A stretch of 64,000 bases of DNA from Paragordius varius (GCA_964247055.1 OZ176057.1:5766001-5830000); one strand, 5' to 3'. Counted from the first letter of the stretch, positions 1 through 15,400 are shown. Numbers and translations are program-made. Notes: generated by a model not told the origin, from the letters alone.

Positions 1-2
1 AT

Positions 3-560
3 TCAGCACCACCTTATACTTCAAATTTTTCGGCGAGTCTTGCTTTAGTAGATGATAAGGAGGGAGGTAGGCAAATTTTTTTTCCACAATCTCAATTGTC
101 TTCATCTTCCAACAACAATACTTATATTCTCCAACAAGGAACATCCAATGTTCCAATAAATAATACTTTTAGAAACACCCATGTAAACGAGGACAATATT
201 AATAATGTGAATATGTCAGCTGCGAGCAATATTAATTGGTCAATTAATGATGCATCACCGAATCTTTTGGATTCAAATGGTTTTCTTACTACTACTTCGT
301 ACAGCACTAATCAGGAGGGAAATTGTATTGCAACAAAAAATAATGTTGATGATAATTTAACAACCATAGCTGCTATGCCTATGTGCGACGTCAACGATAA
401 GAATACCAAAAGCACTGAGTTGAGTGAAGAAAAGGGTGAAAACGGCGGAGATGAATCTACCGATTGCTATTTGGATGATGCCACGTTAATGGCAACCAAT
501 TTGTTCCCAGAAACGAATCCCTTTAAACAAGCGCTTATGAAACAAATGGTTCGACGTTAA
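3..560 (+). CDS. Partial terminal exon of an unidentified gene (Ser/Asn-rich low-complexity C-terminus); 5' end outside the window
   Basis: The frame is open from base 3 (SAPPYTSNFSASLALVDDKEGG...) through the listed 96-560 ORF to TAA at 558-560, about 185 codons. It is GC-richer than the flanks. No recognisable domain. Confidence 0.6.
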   Translation, partial: SAPPYTSNFSASLALVDDKEGGRQIFFPQSQLSSSSNNNTYILQQGTSNVPINNTFRNTHVNEDNINNVNMSAASNINWSINDASPNLLDSNGFLTTTSYSTNQEGNCIATKNNVDDNLTTIAAMPMCDVNDKNTKSTELSEEKGENGGDESTDCYLDDATLMATNLFPETNPFKQALMKQMVRR

Positions 561-1496
561 AACCTAAAAAACGAAACTCTTGAAACCATATACTCGCTCT
601 AAAATATAGAGTTAGTTATGGCTTAAATCGTGCCCAAAGTTAAACTTGTCAGTTTAATTTTCGACACTCTTTTAAGCCTAACGACAAGTCGATATCATGG
701 GATACTCTGTTTGATAAAAATTAGTTAATGCACATTTTAACCCAAAACTTATATACAGATTTAATCAAACTTAATTTAGTGCCAATATATGAACAAGTTT
801 ATACGACTTATATTTAAAACTTATTGTAATTACGAAATATTTTTATCGAATTCGTCAGAATTAAGATTATAGTTTTTAATTATGAATTATATCATGCACA
901 TTTTTCCTTACATATAGTAAATTTTGACCTTTTTAATTAGTTATTTAAATTATTAGCCAATATGTTTTACTTCTAATGCGCGGGCATTTTCCTACTTTTA
1001 CTTATTAGTTTAAAGAAATTTTCTAATTCTTATGTAAAATTTTTATATGAATTTCAATAAACGAAATCTCAGCATGTTAGTTTTTATCATATTCTTAGCA
1101 TATCAATCACTGTTTTCTAAATTATATTTACTCATTAATATATATATGTATATGATTATATTTACCATAGTTTATACAATAATGGAATTATGTGTACGTA
1201 TATACAGCAACTTATATTTTACTGTTTTATAAATACATATTTATTTATTTGGTTATTTAACTATATCGCAATTAACTAAATGATTTTTTAGTAAAATTCC
1301 AATTATGTATAATTTTTATGTTGGATTATTCATTGATATTTATGTTATTGATTTAACAATCAAGAAATCCATAACGCCGAATAGGAGTTAAAATTTTTAT
1401 TAAGGCAAACCGTATAAAACCTAAATACAAATGTATTATTGGCAATTTATCTTGGAGTTTTACATAAAATTATTTTGTAGTATTTTTAATTAGTTA

Positions 1497-1773
1497 CAGT
1501 AAAAATTGAAATTATACGGAGAAAACGTAAAAATATAAAGACAAATATTTTTTTATAAAAGACAATCATGCTAAAAATGAATTATTTTAATATATGTGAT
1601 TGTTCTGCAAATTGTATGATAAATTGTGACCAATAAACATCTCCATCTCATACTTTATAGTTTAAAACACTAAATATTTGAAAAATTAAGTTTCAAAAAG
1701 TATGGTAGCCTTTGAAATAAAATAGTTGTCTATATATTTTTAAGTTTTGTCCGTGTAATTACAGTTTTTACTG
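1497..1773. mobile_element. MITE family A (Tc1/mariner-like, TA-flanked foldback), representative copy
   Basis: TA|CAGTAAAAATTGAAATTATACGG...TTTTTACTG|TA with long imperfect inverted arms. Many further full or partial copies (over 20 by eye), e.g. 2009-2251, 5352-5630, 6678-6950, 12855-13155, 21958-22260, 63585-63850. Confidence 0.85.
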
Positions 1774-3321
1774 TATATAAATGATATATGATTTTGGATA
1801 TAAATATTTATAATTCCTAGCCGACCTAAAATATAACCATAAATTTTGTCTTGACTGCGAAATACTTTTTAAGTAACACCAACTGTTTTGATTTACGCAG
1901 TGCACACAAAAAATATCCTAATGATATATTTATATTTTGATGAGTTATTTTATTTTCATGGTGCTTTTGGTTTTGGGCTTAGCGGGTGGTATAGGAATAT
2001 TTTTGCCAGAGTAAAAGTTGAAATTATACGGACAAAACTTAAAAATATAACGACAAATATTTCTTTTGCAAAAAACAGCCATACTTTTTTAAACCTTAAT
2101 TTTATATATATAAAAACTACTTGATTAAATAAATTGATATAGTTAATTGTTTAACAAATCTAACTCAATTTGCGACCCAAAACAATCATTAATAAATTGT
2201 TGGTTGTCTTTCTATTTTTACGTTTTGTCTGTATAATTTCAATTTTTACTGTACTCTATGGTAACTCCATATCTTAAAGTGTTTTTATAATGTTTCCCCC
2301 TGCATCAAAATAGCATAATACTCGCTTCCTCAAATTTTTTCATAAATTAAATTTTAAAATGAATCATTTTTTCGTTTTCGATGTCAAAATTTAAATATTT
2401 AATTATTGCGAATATATTTTGCGTTTAGTTTAAAAATTTTTCCATGTTAGACGGGTCCAACAGTTAGAGACTTCTGAAGGCCACATTTTAAAATATTAGA
2501 AATATTTTTTGCTTTTTAAATACAGTTTATGGAGTATATTAGTCATATCATTTAGAATGGACCATTTACAATAAATAAATTTTATTTAACAAAACCGTAA
2601 AATTATATTATAAATTTTAAGTATTTATTTATTTATTAATATGGCTATAAAGTACACATAATAATGATTACATCAAATAATGGGTTTTATACATAAAAAA
2701 TATTTGGCAAAATGCTTGTAATTATCAAATTATATTTGCGCAAAAAAAATATTTTTGGACGAAAATATATAAATTTACAATTAATATTGTTGTAATATTT
2801 AAAATAAAAATAATTGGCGTGGATTTGAGAAGCGATTCGTTAAATTTCAAAAGAAAATGCCAAATATGTATTATTATATATATAGTAATGATAGAAAATA
2901 AGTCAATACTCTAATGCAAAATTTTGTAATTCAGCAATAATTTAAAATTCCAATAAAAAAGATTTATTCATTTAATACCGAAAATAATTTTTTGATTCGA
3001 TCAACAGCTTCTCATGCAATTTTCTCACTTTTCATTTTATGATAATTGAATTTGGCAATAAAAAAGTACAATGTTGGCGCCCGTTAGATTTAAAAATTGA
3101 AATTTAAATGCTTTTTACACATTTTAACAAAAACATATTAAAGTAAGGGAAAATAGGTAGATGAATAGTAAGTATAATTAAATAAAGATGTTACACAAAG
3201 ATAATAGATAAGATTATAAAAAAATTCATATTTACATAAAAGAACAAACAAAAAAAAAGGTATAAAAAGTGTAATTGAATTTGCTTTTGAAACAAAACTT
3301 TTAAACACAATTTTTCAATTC

Positions 3322-6300
3322 TTATGCATTTATAATGGTCATGTTTGTGGACGAGGTTGGGGACCTTGGATTAGTTCCTACTTCAAACGTATAGCCAACC
3401 ACATTACTTTTTTTAGCGGTAATCTCAACTATATTAGTAGGTTCTTTTACTATTCCATCATTATTGTCCAAGATTTCTCCTTCTGCATTTTTTTCTTGCT
3501 GAGTATCCGCCGAATGATGAAATCCATTTAAATGTAAAGAAGAATGGTTATAACCATTTTCAAGTGTTTCTAGACCGCCTTTGTCGTCGTAATGATTAGT
3601 TGTTTTTTCAAAAGTACTTGTTTTTTCAAAACCATTGCTTGAAATTGTATTAATTAAACCAAACGAAGGATTTCTCCTATGACCACTAATTTTAGGTCCA
3701 CCAACATTTTTTTCAATTTCAATTCCAGTTTCAGTATTAACATTAGTTTCCTCATCTGTGTCATGTTTTGAGTCCCCACCATTGCAAAAGACTGAATTAT
3801 CCGCGCCATTATTGAATTCGGGTGTTTTTACTTGAACTAGACAAGTTTTTTTGGGAGAACCTATTGGTATAGGTATAAAATATGATTTATTAAGAATGAT
3901 TTATAAAAATTTTAACAAAACATTAGTTTTGTAAATTAAAGTATTACAATTCAATCGTTTATTAAAGACTTTTAGGGTTATTTATACTCAAAAATATAAA
4001 TATTTTTATTTTTTACAATCTTGGTTATATATATATTTTCTAAAACTCCAATTTATAAGATAAAACAAAAATTATTAAGATAGACAAAACCTAAAAAAGT
4101 CAAATAGTATTTTGTAAAAACATATATATATTTAAAGCTTGATTTAAAACAGAAATGATTAAAATATGAAAATATATTTGAAAATGCTACCCTACCAATT
4201 TACATTACTATTCCCTTTTTGGCACATTAGATCGCAAAGAAAAAATTAAGTAAAAAAATTGGTTGTCTCTTTATGAGAAATATTTGTTCTTTACAGTAAA
4301 AATTAAAATTATAAGGACAAAACGTTAAAATATAAAGACAAATTTTTTACCAAAAAACCATTCCTTTTTGTAAGTAAACTAAATGTTTCAAATTGCATAT
4401 TATAGAATTAATATCTATATTGGTGACACGATAAATTATATATTTTATAATTATAATTATATAACTTTTATATGACAAAAATTAAGGTTTAAAAAAGTAT
4501 GGGGTAGTTTTTTAGAGTAAAAAAATCATTGTCTTTAAATAAACAATTTGTCCGTATAATTTCAGATTTTACTGTAATTTTTACAGTTTTGCCTTGATAT
4601 AATTCTTCAAATTCTTATTGCAAAAAAACACCATTTTTAAGAAATATTAAGAAATATAATTACTTACCTAACAAAGTAATATCCGACAAATTTTGATTCT
4701 TGCTTATCATGATAGATTCTGTATTAATGTTGTCTCCATCAGGGCTTAGCGTTCGACGAGCTATGAGAACTACAGGAGGAGTTGTATGCTTATTATTAGA
4801 ATTAGAATTCTTAGAATTAGTATTAAATTGGCAGCCCGTAATAAGATTTGATCTTAGTAGTTTATTGTTGGGTGAAAATAGATTGGAATTTATTTTTGAA
4901 CAACTTTCTAGGGGTTGTTCGTTGCCCGTAGAAACGGTACTTATATGATCTGATTCAACTTTAACATAAGTAACGAAACTTGGAGACAATAATAAAGTTC
5001 CCTCTTCAATATGCGACAAAGTTTTAAGAGAATTCTCGTTAGAGGGTTCTTTAGGCAGCTCTTCAGTTATTTTGCACGTATTTTCTGTTTTGGAATCTAT
5101 AAATATAACCATATACAGTAAAAGTATAAAAAAATTAAATTACAGTAAGCACAGACAATTGATTTAACAGTAGGGTATGAGAAAAACACAACAAATGGTT
5201 GAAATTAAACATTATTTTTCTATCCTAAATCATTAAATTTGTTATTTCATTAGGGAAAATGTTATTTTTATATCATACGCTATTGTATCACCCATTGACC
5301 AACATGGTTAACAAAAAATATGCATATTTTTATATAAAAAAACCTTAACTACAGTAAAAATTGAAATTGTACGGACAAAACGTTAAAATATAAGGACAAA
5401 TATTTTTTCTATAAGACAACTCCATACTTTTTTGAACTTTAATTTTCGTTATATAAATCATATAATTACAATTGTAAAATATATAATTGATTATTTTTCC
5501 AATATATATATTAATCTCGTATTTTGCATTTTAAAACAATTAAATCATGATATAAAAGGTATGGGGGTATCTTTTAAAAAAAAATATTTGTCGTTATATT
5601 TTATGTTTTGTCCATAATTTCAGTTTTTAGACTATTTTCTTTAAATTTTTACGTTTTTTTTATAATTAAAGAGAGTTATATTATAAAATTTAAAAATATT
5701 AAAAAAATAAAGTTTGAAAATCAAAAAATATACCATTCACAAAATCACTCTTGAACAAATTCACTCTTGAACAATTTAAATTCACCCTAAATCACATTAT
5801 GTGTTTTTTATGATCAAAAATTACCTATATTTTTTGATATTTTACTAAAAATGAAATTTCGTTTACTAAAAAAATAATAACTATGCACCATAAAGATATA
5901 TTTCATATTAATATTGAGTTATATTAGCTGGCCGAAAACACATAATTCATTTTTCGAAGGTGAATTTAAGTTTTCGTTCAAGGGGTTAAATTTAAATCGT
6001 TCAAGGGTGTATTAAATTGTTCAAGGGGGTGAATTTGAATTGTTCAAGGGGGTGAATTTAAGTTGTTTAAGGGTGAAATGTATTTTTTATTGTGTATAAG
6101 AATTGTTTAAGGGGGTGTATTTAAATCGTTCAAGGGGGTGAATTTAGATCGTTTAAGGGTAAATTTAAATCGTTCAGTGGGAGAATTTGAATCGTTTAAG
6201 TGTGAATTTGAATTGTTTAAGGGGGTAAATTTAAATTGTTTAAGGGGGTGAATTTGATTTGTAGTTAATAGTATAAAAAATACCATCAATTTTTTCAATC

Positions 6301-9300
6301 GTATTAGATTTTGACGAGACTGAAGACGGTGGCCCTGATATTGAATGACTCTTGGAGCTGTGATGGTCTGAAACTAAAATTTTATTAATTTCGTTTTTTT
6401 AAAAATAAAATATTTATATTTTAACCATCAAATAAAAATGTTACTAAAATTAAAAATTTATTAACAAAATAAGAATATGCTCAAAAAAGAAAGTAAAAAA
6501 ACATATTAAATAGGAAAATTTATACAGTAAGAGAATTAATATTGGTTATATCGGGGAGTTTTAAATAACTAAAAGGTAGTTTTTTTACCCTTTGTTAGGT
6601 ATATTGTTTGATTTTTGATTTTATTTAACAAAATATAAATATTATTGAATATATGAAGAAATACAGTATATAATTTACAGTAAAAATTAAAATTATACTA
6701 TGGACAAAACGTAAAAATATTTTTTTTCAAATAATCTTGATTAATTTTTCAATATAACTCATTTTATTTTAATCGAAAATATATATCAATACAAATGTAA
6801 ATAGGAAACTCTATTAAGTTTATATTTTACAATGTGGTAAATAATTATTTTATATAAGTAGTATCTTTAGGGTTTAAAAAGTATGCGGTTGTCTTTTAAA
6901 CTAAAAATATGGTTGTCTTTATAATTTTACGTTTTGTCCGTATAATTTCTAAAGATATATTTTTACCATTAAATAAAAATGATAAAATAAATATGCTTAA
7001 AAAAGAAAGTATAAAAGCATATTAAATAGGAAAATTTATACAGTAAAGAGAGCTAATATTTTAATATAGGGTGTTTTAATTAACTAAAAGGTAGTTTATT
7101 TACCCTCTTGATTAAATTTTCATTTTATTTTATTAATTATAAATATACCATGTGTACTTCAAATTCACCCTCATAAAATAAAATTATGTGTTCTGCTAAA
7201 AAACCTTTATTTTTTAAAATATGAAATTCTGTTAAACTTAATATAATGCGAAAAAGATAAAAAACTATGTCGTAAATATATATTTCATATTAATCATCAT
7301 GATGAGTTATATTAACTGCCCAAAAACACATAATTTATTTTTCGAGGGGGAATTCGAATTCTAAAAGGTATATTTAAATTAAATTTGTGAGAAAATAAAG
7401 TATATACCATTTACAATTCAATTTCACCCTTAAAAAATTCAAATTCACCCTTGAAGAATTCAAATTCACCCTCAAATAAAAAAATATGTTTTTTAAGATT
7501 AAAAATTACCAATATATCATATATTTTTCAAAAATAAAAATTTTGGTTAATAAACTATACCATAAACATATATTTCATATTAATTAGTAATATTAGTTTG
7601 AAAACACATAATTTATTTTTAGAGTGAATTCGAATTGTTCAAGAGTGAATTTGAATTGTTCGAGGGTGAATTCGAATTGTAAATTGTATATTTAAAAAAA
7701 TTAAGATTAAAAAAAAAATATGGAGTTTCTTTTATAATAAAAGACCACTTTTATAATTTTTGCGTTTTTTCCGTAAAATTTTAATTTTTACTGTAAAAAC
7801 CCCCTCAAAATGTTCAATAATAGCTCTTGAAACAGCATATTAAAAAACTTTGAATTTATAAACATATTTAACACTATAATCATTAAAATTTAGATGTTTT
7901 ATAAATTGCGTAAAAAATAAATTTATAATCTATAAAAAAATAAATTTTTTCTACCCAATGATTTAAAATAATGTGGAAAACATTTCGCCATATTAGTAAA
8001 ACCACTTCCAATCGTAGAACTCTTTTCTTTGACTGTTGGTATTAAAGTTGTTTCAGAATTTTGTTCAAGATTTTCTAATATTCAAAAAAAAATTAAAATA
8101 AAATTTATAGAAAATTTATAGTAAAAATTAAAAATATACCATAGACAAAACGAAAAAAAATTTTCAAAAAAAGACAATACTTTTAAACAATAAGAGTTTT
8201 TTTTGAAATATCAGGTATTAAAGTTTCAGAATTTTGTTCAATAATTTCTAATATTCAAAAAAAATTAAAATAAAATTAAAAAAAATTAGAAGTAAAAATT
8301 GAAATTACGGACAGAACGTAAAAATATATAAATATAAATGTTTTTTCATTCGAAAAAAGACAGCTAAACTTTTAACATGAAATTTTTTTGATCAATTATT
8401 GAAGTTTCAGAATTTTGTTCAACATTTTCTAATATTCAGAAAAAATTAAAAAAAATTTTTTAAAGAGAATTGTTAAAATTCAAATTATATTATGGACAAA
8501 ACGTAAAAATATATAAAGACAAATGTTTTTTTATATAAAAAAGGTTAACTATACTTTTATCTATTTAATTTTTTTGAAATATTAAATATTGTTTAATATA
8601 GGATTTATAACATTTTCTAGTAAAAAAATCAAAAAAAAATTTAGCGAAAATTTACAATAAAAATTGAAATTATATTATGGACAAAACGTAAAAATATAAA
8701 GACAAATGTTTTTTTAAAAAAGACAATACTATACTTTTAACTATTTAATATTTTTTTGAAATATTAAATATTATTTAAAATGTAAAAGTTTGAAATATAG
8801 ATAATTACCAATTAATTATTTATTTCACATTATAATTATATATAATTTATATTAGAAAAATTAATGTTTCAAAAAGTATGGGTTGTCTTTTGAACAAAAA
8901 AATATTTGTCGTTATATTTTAACGTTTTGTCCGTATAATTTTAATTTTTATTGTATTTACTTGCAATAAAATTGTAATTAATTGTTTTTATTAATTATTT
9001 CCTTTATTTGTTAAAACAATGAATTATATCGAAAAAATTTAAATCTAAAATATATATAGTTTGATTTTAATAAAAAATATTTGTCTTGATATTCTTACAT
9101 TTCTTCTATATATCACCTCAATCTTTCCTGCAAATTTAAAATTCTATTGCTAAATTTACTTTTCATTTACTTACTCAAATAATTTGAATAGAAATCACGT
9201 TAATACCATCTACAATTTAAGTTCCCCCCTCTTTGAATAATTCAAATTAACCCTTGAACATCAAACTACACCCTTGAACAATTCAAATTCACCCTTGAAC

Positions 9301-12300
9301 AATTCAAATTCACCCTTGAACAATTCAAATTCACCCTTGAACAATTCAAATTCACCCTTGAACAATTCAAATTCACCCTTGAACAATTCAAATTCACCCT
9401 TGAACATTTCAAATTCACCCTTGAACATTTCAAATTCACCCTCTTGAACAATTCAAATTCACCCTTGAACATTTTAAATTCACCTCCCTTGAACAAATCT
9501 AATTCATCACGTTAAAAATAAATTATGTGTTTTCGGGTAGCTAATATAACTCATCATTAATATGAAAATTATATAATTATGGTGCGCATAGTTTATTATT
9601 TCCTGAGTATTATTTTAATTTCAAAAAAAATTTAACATTTTAAAAATATAGAAAAAAATATAAAGGTAATTTTTAATCTTAAAAAACACATAATTTATAT
9701 TTAGGGTGAAAATGAATTGTTCAAGGGTATTAACTGTAAGTACTCAAAAAATAATAAACTCGGCGCCATAAAGATATATTTCATATTAATAATGATGAGT
9801 TATATTAGCTACCCGAAAACACATAATTTATTTTTAAGGTGATGAATTTAAATTGTTTAAGGGTAAATTTATATTGTTCAAGGGTAAATTTATATTGTTC
9901 AAGGGTAAATTTGAATCGTTTAAGAGTAAATTTATATTGTTCAAGGGTGATTTTAAACTGTAAAATACCCAAAAACTTTGCAATAAAAATTTCGACATTT
10001 ATATTACAAAACTAAAAATCAAACCATTCAGACTCTTCGCCAGCATTTCATTACTAATCCTTGCTTCAAGATTATTCTTATTTTTAGCCTTGGAATTTTC
10101 TTCTGTATGATTTATTTCACTTTGCTTATTAGAATCGAAATCAGTATTTTCTTGCTTGTTTGATGAATGTTTCAATTTTAATTTCAATAACTTTTGATTT
10201 TGAATTTGATTTTCTTGAGTGCCAGTATGTAAAGGATGGCGTATTAATGAAAAATTAATCAGGGGATTACTTGGATAATGTAAACTCCATTTCTTTTTCC
10301 CTAGTTTTGTTAAAGAGGGCGGTTTAGTTTCAATTTCGATTTCTGTTCCTATTAAATAAATTTTTTTTTGAAAAGATTTGATTGATAAAAACAATATTTT
10401 AAATTATAAAGACATAATATGTATAAGTAAAAATTGAAATATCCGGACTAAATGCGTTAAAATTAAAGGACAAATATTTTAATTCCTAAAGTTTTATTAA
10501 ACTTTATTTTTTGAAACTTATTGTCTTGTCGCCCAAATAAGGCAGAAAAGAATTGTAAATTGCCAATATATACGAATTTATACAAATTTATATTTCAAAA
10601 CTCATTTGAAAATTCTAAATTAATTACAAAATATGGTTTTGTCTTTATTAATAGTGTCCAATTATTTTAGCATTTACTTTTCACTATTTTTTGGCAAAAA
10701 CCGATTAAAATTTGTTAAAATTTATAAACTTTTTTAAAAATCAATTCAAACCTCCTTCCTTATTCTTTTTTTCCAAAGGTTCAAGCTCATTTTTGCCATC
10801 GAAATCATCTATTTCTTGCTTTTGGCATTCTAAGATTTCGTTTCCAGTTTCTACATCTAAATCAACCACCATTTTTTCAGAATTTTCTTTTGTTGGGGCA
10901 TTATTTTTTGAATTACGAACAGTGAACATTTTTATACGATTCATGCTTAAACTATGCTGTAATTTATGTTGAAATGATTTGCCTCCTGTGGGTTGAGGTT
11001 TTTTAACATTTTCACTTTTAGTCTGGTCTTTTAAAGTAAAAGGTGGTTCTTCTATAGGCTTTCTAGAAGATTCTGATACTAAGCCTTCTTCCTGACCAGT
11101 AATATCAGTGGTATAATGTTGTAAATCTGTCGGAGGAATCAATATATTTGGATCTAAGTAAAAAAAGGTGAAAAAATTTTTTTTATATATATTTGGAATT
11201 TAAATTCATCTTTAAACACTTTAATTTGCCCTTGAACAATTCAAATATATTCTTGAACAATTCAAATCCACAGTTAGACAGTTCAAATTCACTCTTGAAC
11301 AATTTAAATCCACCCTTAGAAATTTCAAATTCATCCTCGAACAATCAAAATTCACTCTTGAACAATTCGAATTCTGCACCCCTTAAAGAATTTAAATTTA
11401 TCTTAAAAATAAATCATGTGTTGTCGGGTTAATATAACTCATCATTGATAATATAAAATCTATTTTTACGACATAGTTTATTTTTTTCTCAGCATTATAT
11501 TAATTTTAAACAGAATTTCATATTTTAGAAATAAAGGTAATATTTAATAGTATATTGAATTGTTCGAGGGTGAATTTGAACTGTTCAAGGGTGAATTTGA
11601 ACTGTAAATGGTATTTTAAATCTTATAAATTTTTTTGTAAGCATTTTTTGCAAGATAAGAACTTATAACCTTCATGATCATTTTAGGAAAAAAACGTATA
11701 AAAATATGAACAAATAATTTTTTTTAAGACCGCCCCATGCCATTTAAATCTTTTTTAAATATAACTCATTGTTTTAAACTGTAAAGTTTGAAATAGAAAT
11801 GTAGATATTGGTAATATTATCAATCATGTATTTTGCAATTTTAATTAAATAATATATATATACTATTTACAATTCGAATCTACACCCTTGAACATTTCAA
11901 ATTTAACCTATTATGTGTTTTCGGGCAGCTAATATAACTCATCATTAGTATGATTATATATTTTTACTAGTTTATTGTTTTTTCAGCATTATACTAATTT
12001 TAAACAGAATTTCATTTTTTAGAAATAAAGCTAATTTTAAATAGTATATTGAATTGTTCAAGGGTGAATTCAAATTGTTCATGGATGAATTTAAACTGTA
12101 AATGGTATTTTATATCAAATAAATTATTTTGTAAGCATTTTTTGCAAAAAGATAATAACTTTTATAACTTTTATGATTATTTTAGAAAAAAACGCGTTTT
12201 TTTAAGTACAATAAAGTTTGGAATTTGAGACAAAAACCATAAAAATATAAAGGACAAATAATTTTTTAAAAGACCGCCCCATGCCATTTAAATCTTTTTA

Positions 12301-12394
12301 TTTAATTATAATTCATTGTTTTAAACTGTAAAGTATGAAATAAAAATGTAGATATAGGTAATATAATCAATCATGAATTTTGCAATTGTAATTA

Positions 12395-12451
<57 letters not shown>

Positions 12452-15400
12452 ATTTATTCGAATTCTGCACCCCTTAAAGAATTTAAATTTATCCTAAATA
12501 TAAATTATGTGTTGTCGGGTTAATATAACTTATCATGAATATAAAATTACGACATAGTTTATTGTTTTTTCATCATTATATTAATTTTAAACGGAATTTC
12601 ATTTTTTAAAAATAAAGCTAATTTTTAATAGTATATTGAATTGTTCAAGGGTGAATTTGAATTGTTCGAGGGTAAATTTAAATTGTTTAAGGGTGAATTT
12701 GAACTGTTCGAGGGTGAATTTGAACTGTAAATGGTATTTTAAATCTAATAAATTTTTTTGTAAGATTTCTGCTAAAATAACTTAATATCGAACCAGTGGA
12801 CGCCTAAACTTTCATAATTTTTTAGAAAAAAATAAAGTAAAAATGAATATTTAAAGTAAAAATTAAAATTATACGGGGCAGACAAAACGTAAAAATATAA
12901 AGTCAAATAATTTTTTTCTAAAGACCTTTTTTTAACCGTAATTTTTATAATGATAATTCATTGTTTAAAAACTATAAAGTAGGAAATAAAAATGTAAATT
13001 GATATAACATAAGCAATTTATGTATGTATAATAATACGATTGTAATAAAAAAATATTTTAATAGGATAAATTAAGGTTTAAAAAAGTATAATTGTTGGTT
13101 TTTAAAAAATATTTATTTTTTTTTAGTTTTTTCCGTATAATTTCCATTTTTACTGTATACAACCCGTTTAAATCTAGTTTTGTTGGAAAATGCATAATTA
13201 TATATATAAATATATATATAATAGTTTTATAATTAACTAAAAACTCATGAGTGAAAGTTATTAAAATAGTTTATTTTTAAAAACATTAAATATGCACCAA
13301 CCAAAAATATATAAGACTTTATACTGATTACAAATTATACTTAGGATACCGCGTTTTTTTTAGTTAGAAATATATAGGGTATCAAATAAATAATTTTTAT
13401 TTTTACCCTAAAAAATCAAAAATAATATATATATAACTTTTTAGAAATTTCAAAAACCCTAATATATCCTGGGGGTTTTTACTCTAAGAAAACACGCCCT
13501 CTAAGAAAAAAATAAAAACCTAAATTTGGTAAAATCATTTGCACAGATTTTTGCATTTCATCCGCTTTGTTGGGTTCAATCATTTGCACAGATTTTTCCA
13601 TTTCAATATCTGATTGTTGATGATCTTTTGGAGAATCTATATATACCATTTACAGTTAAATTCACCCTTGAACAATTCAAATTCACCCTCGAACATTTCA
13701 AATTCACCCTTGAACAATTTAAATTTACCCTCGAACAATTCAAATTCACTCTTAAACAATTCATATTCACCCTTAAAAAATTCAAATTCACTCTTAAACA
13801 ATTCATAATTCACCCTCGAACAATTCAAATTCCCCCTATAAAGTATGTGTTTTTTAAGATTGAAATTACCAATATCTTTATATATTTTGAAAAAAACTGA
13901 AATATTGTTTAAAATTATGAAATATTACTAAAAAATAATAAATTATGCCATAAAGATATATTTATTTTAATGATGAGTTATATTGGACAATTTATTTTTA
14001 GGGTTATTAATTTGAATTGTTTGATGGTGAATTGAATTGTAAATGGTATATTTGTATATTCTATGAAGCTTAAATATTTAAAAAAATATAATACCACCAT
14101 TTACAATTCAAATTCACCCTCGAACAATTCAAATTAATAACCCTAAAAATAAATTGTTTAATATAACTCATCATTAAAAAAATATATCTTTATGACAAAA
14201 TCTATATTTTTTCAGTAATATTTTATAATTTTAAACAATATATCACATTGGTAAAAAAAATAGGTAATTTTTTATCTTAAAAAACACATATTTTGTTTAA
14301 GGGTGAATTGGAATTGTTCAAGGGTGAATTTGAAATGTAAATGGCATAATATATTAAAAATATTTATTCATTAAAATTAGTAATTAGGTTCTAACTTATT
14401 ATTAAGCTACCAAAAAAATACTATATATATATATATATATATATATAAAGCCTATAAATTCCAAGTTAATTCTCAAAAAAGGCAGGATCAAACTTTATAA
14501 ATACTTTTTTAACATAATCATTGCATTTTAATAAAAAATTAATTTTGGCATCGAAAAAAAATTTCATATAATCCGGTAAAGTTATTTTGTAATTTTTATT
14601 AATTAAAATAAATAACTAAGAAAATGGAAATATTAAAAACATGATATATATATATATATATATATATAAATTTAAAATCATACTATGGATAAAACGCATG
14701 TAAAAATATAAAGACAGATATTTTTTTCTAAAAGACAACCCCATACTTTTTAAATCTTGATTTTTTTTAAATATAACTCATTGTTTTAAACTCCAAAAAA
14801 GTATGAAATAGAGATAAAAATTGGTAGGTAACACAATTAATTACATATATTTTAACCTTTTTTATAGATTTTGTTTAAAAAAACATATCTGTCTTTATAT
14901 TTTTACATTTTACCGTCCATATATAATTTCAATTTTTACTGTATATTACAAAATCCAAACCAATCATATACTTTTTAGAATTGTAATTAAATTAAATAAC
15001 TTATAAAAAGGAAAAATCAAAGTTGGATTAAGTAAGGGATAGTCTTTATAATTACAATTCTTCATATTATATACCATTTACACAAATTCACCCTTGAACA
15101 ATTCGAATTCACCCTTGAACAATTCAAATTCACCCTCGAACAATTCAAATTAACCCTCGAACAATTCAAATTAACCCTCGAACAATTCAAATTCACCCTT
15201 GAACAATTCAAATTCACCTTTGAAAATTCAAATTTACCCTGGAATATTATGTGTTTTCGAACTAATATAACTCATTATTAAGAAATATATCTTTATGAGC
15301 GCATAGTTTTTTATTTTTTCAGTATTATTTAAATTTAAGACAAAAATTTTATTTTTTAAAAATATATAAAAATATTGGTAATTTTTAATCTTAAAAACAT

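Noticed and set aside
1047-2124. Hydrophobic I/F/Y/L-rich short ORFs (also 5432, 14821, 20397, 26739, 31764, 38046, 41094, 54034, 54325, 59276, 61170)
   Set aside because: Their composition is what AT-rich non-coding DNA and MITE sequence give by chance, and they show no motifs or splice context.
4700-4948. Antisense ORFs over real exons (4700-4948, 10712-10972, 19010-19401, 19587-19853, 122-307)
   Set aside because: Shadow frames of coding exons on the opposite strand.
9099-9209. Two apparent mini-exons (9209-9175, 9127-9099) with good GT/AG sites, a possible poison cassette
   Set aside because: All frames hit stops, and the first acceptor is just a mutated family B terminus (TGTAGATGGTA). 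There is no support without RNA data.
9266-9496. ORFs of CSRVNLN / FKGEFEL / NNSNSPL repeats (also 6107-6298, 11193-11432, 13526-13900, 15356-15550, 23128-23310, 35915-36166, and the N-terminus of 58700-59146)
   Set aside because: These are translations of the stop-free 21-bp subunit of MITE family B, not proteins.
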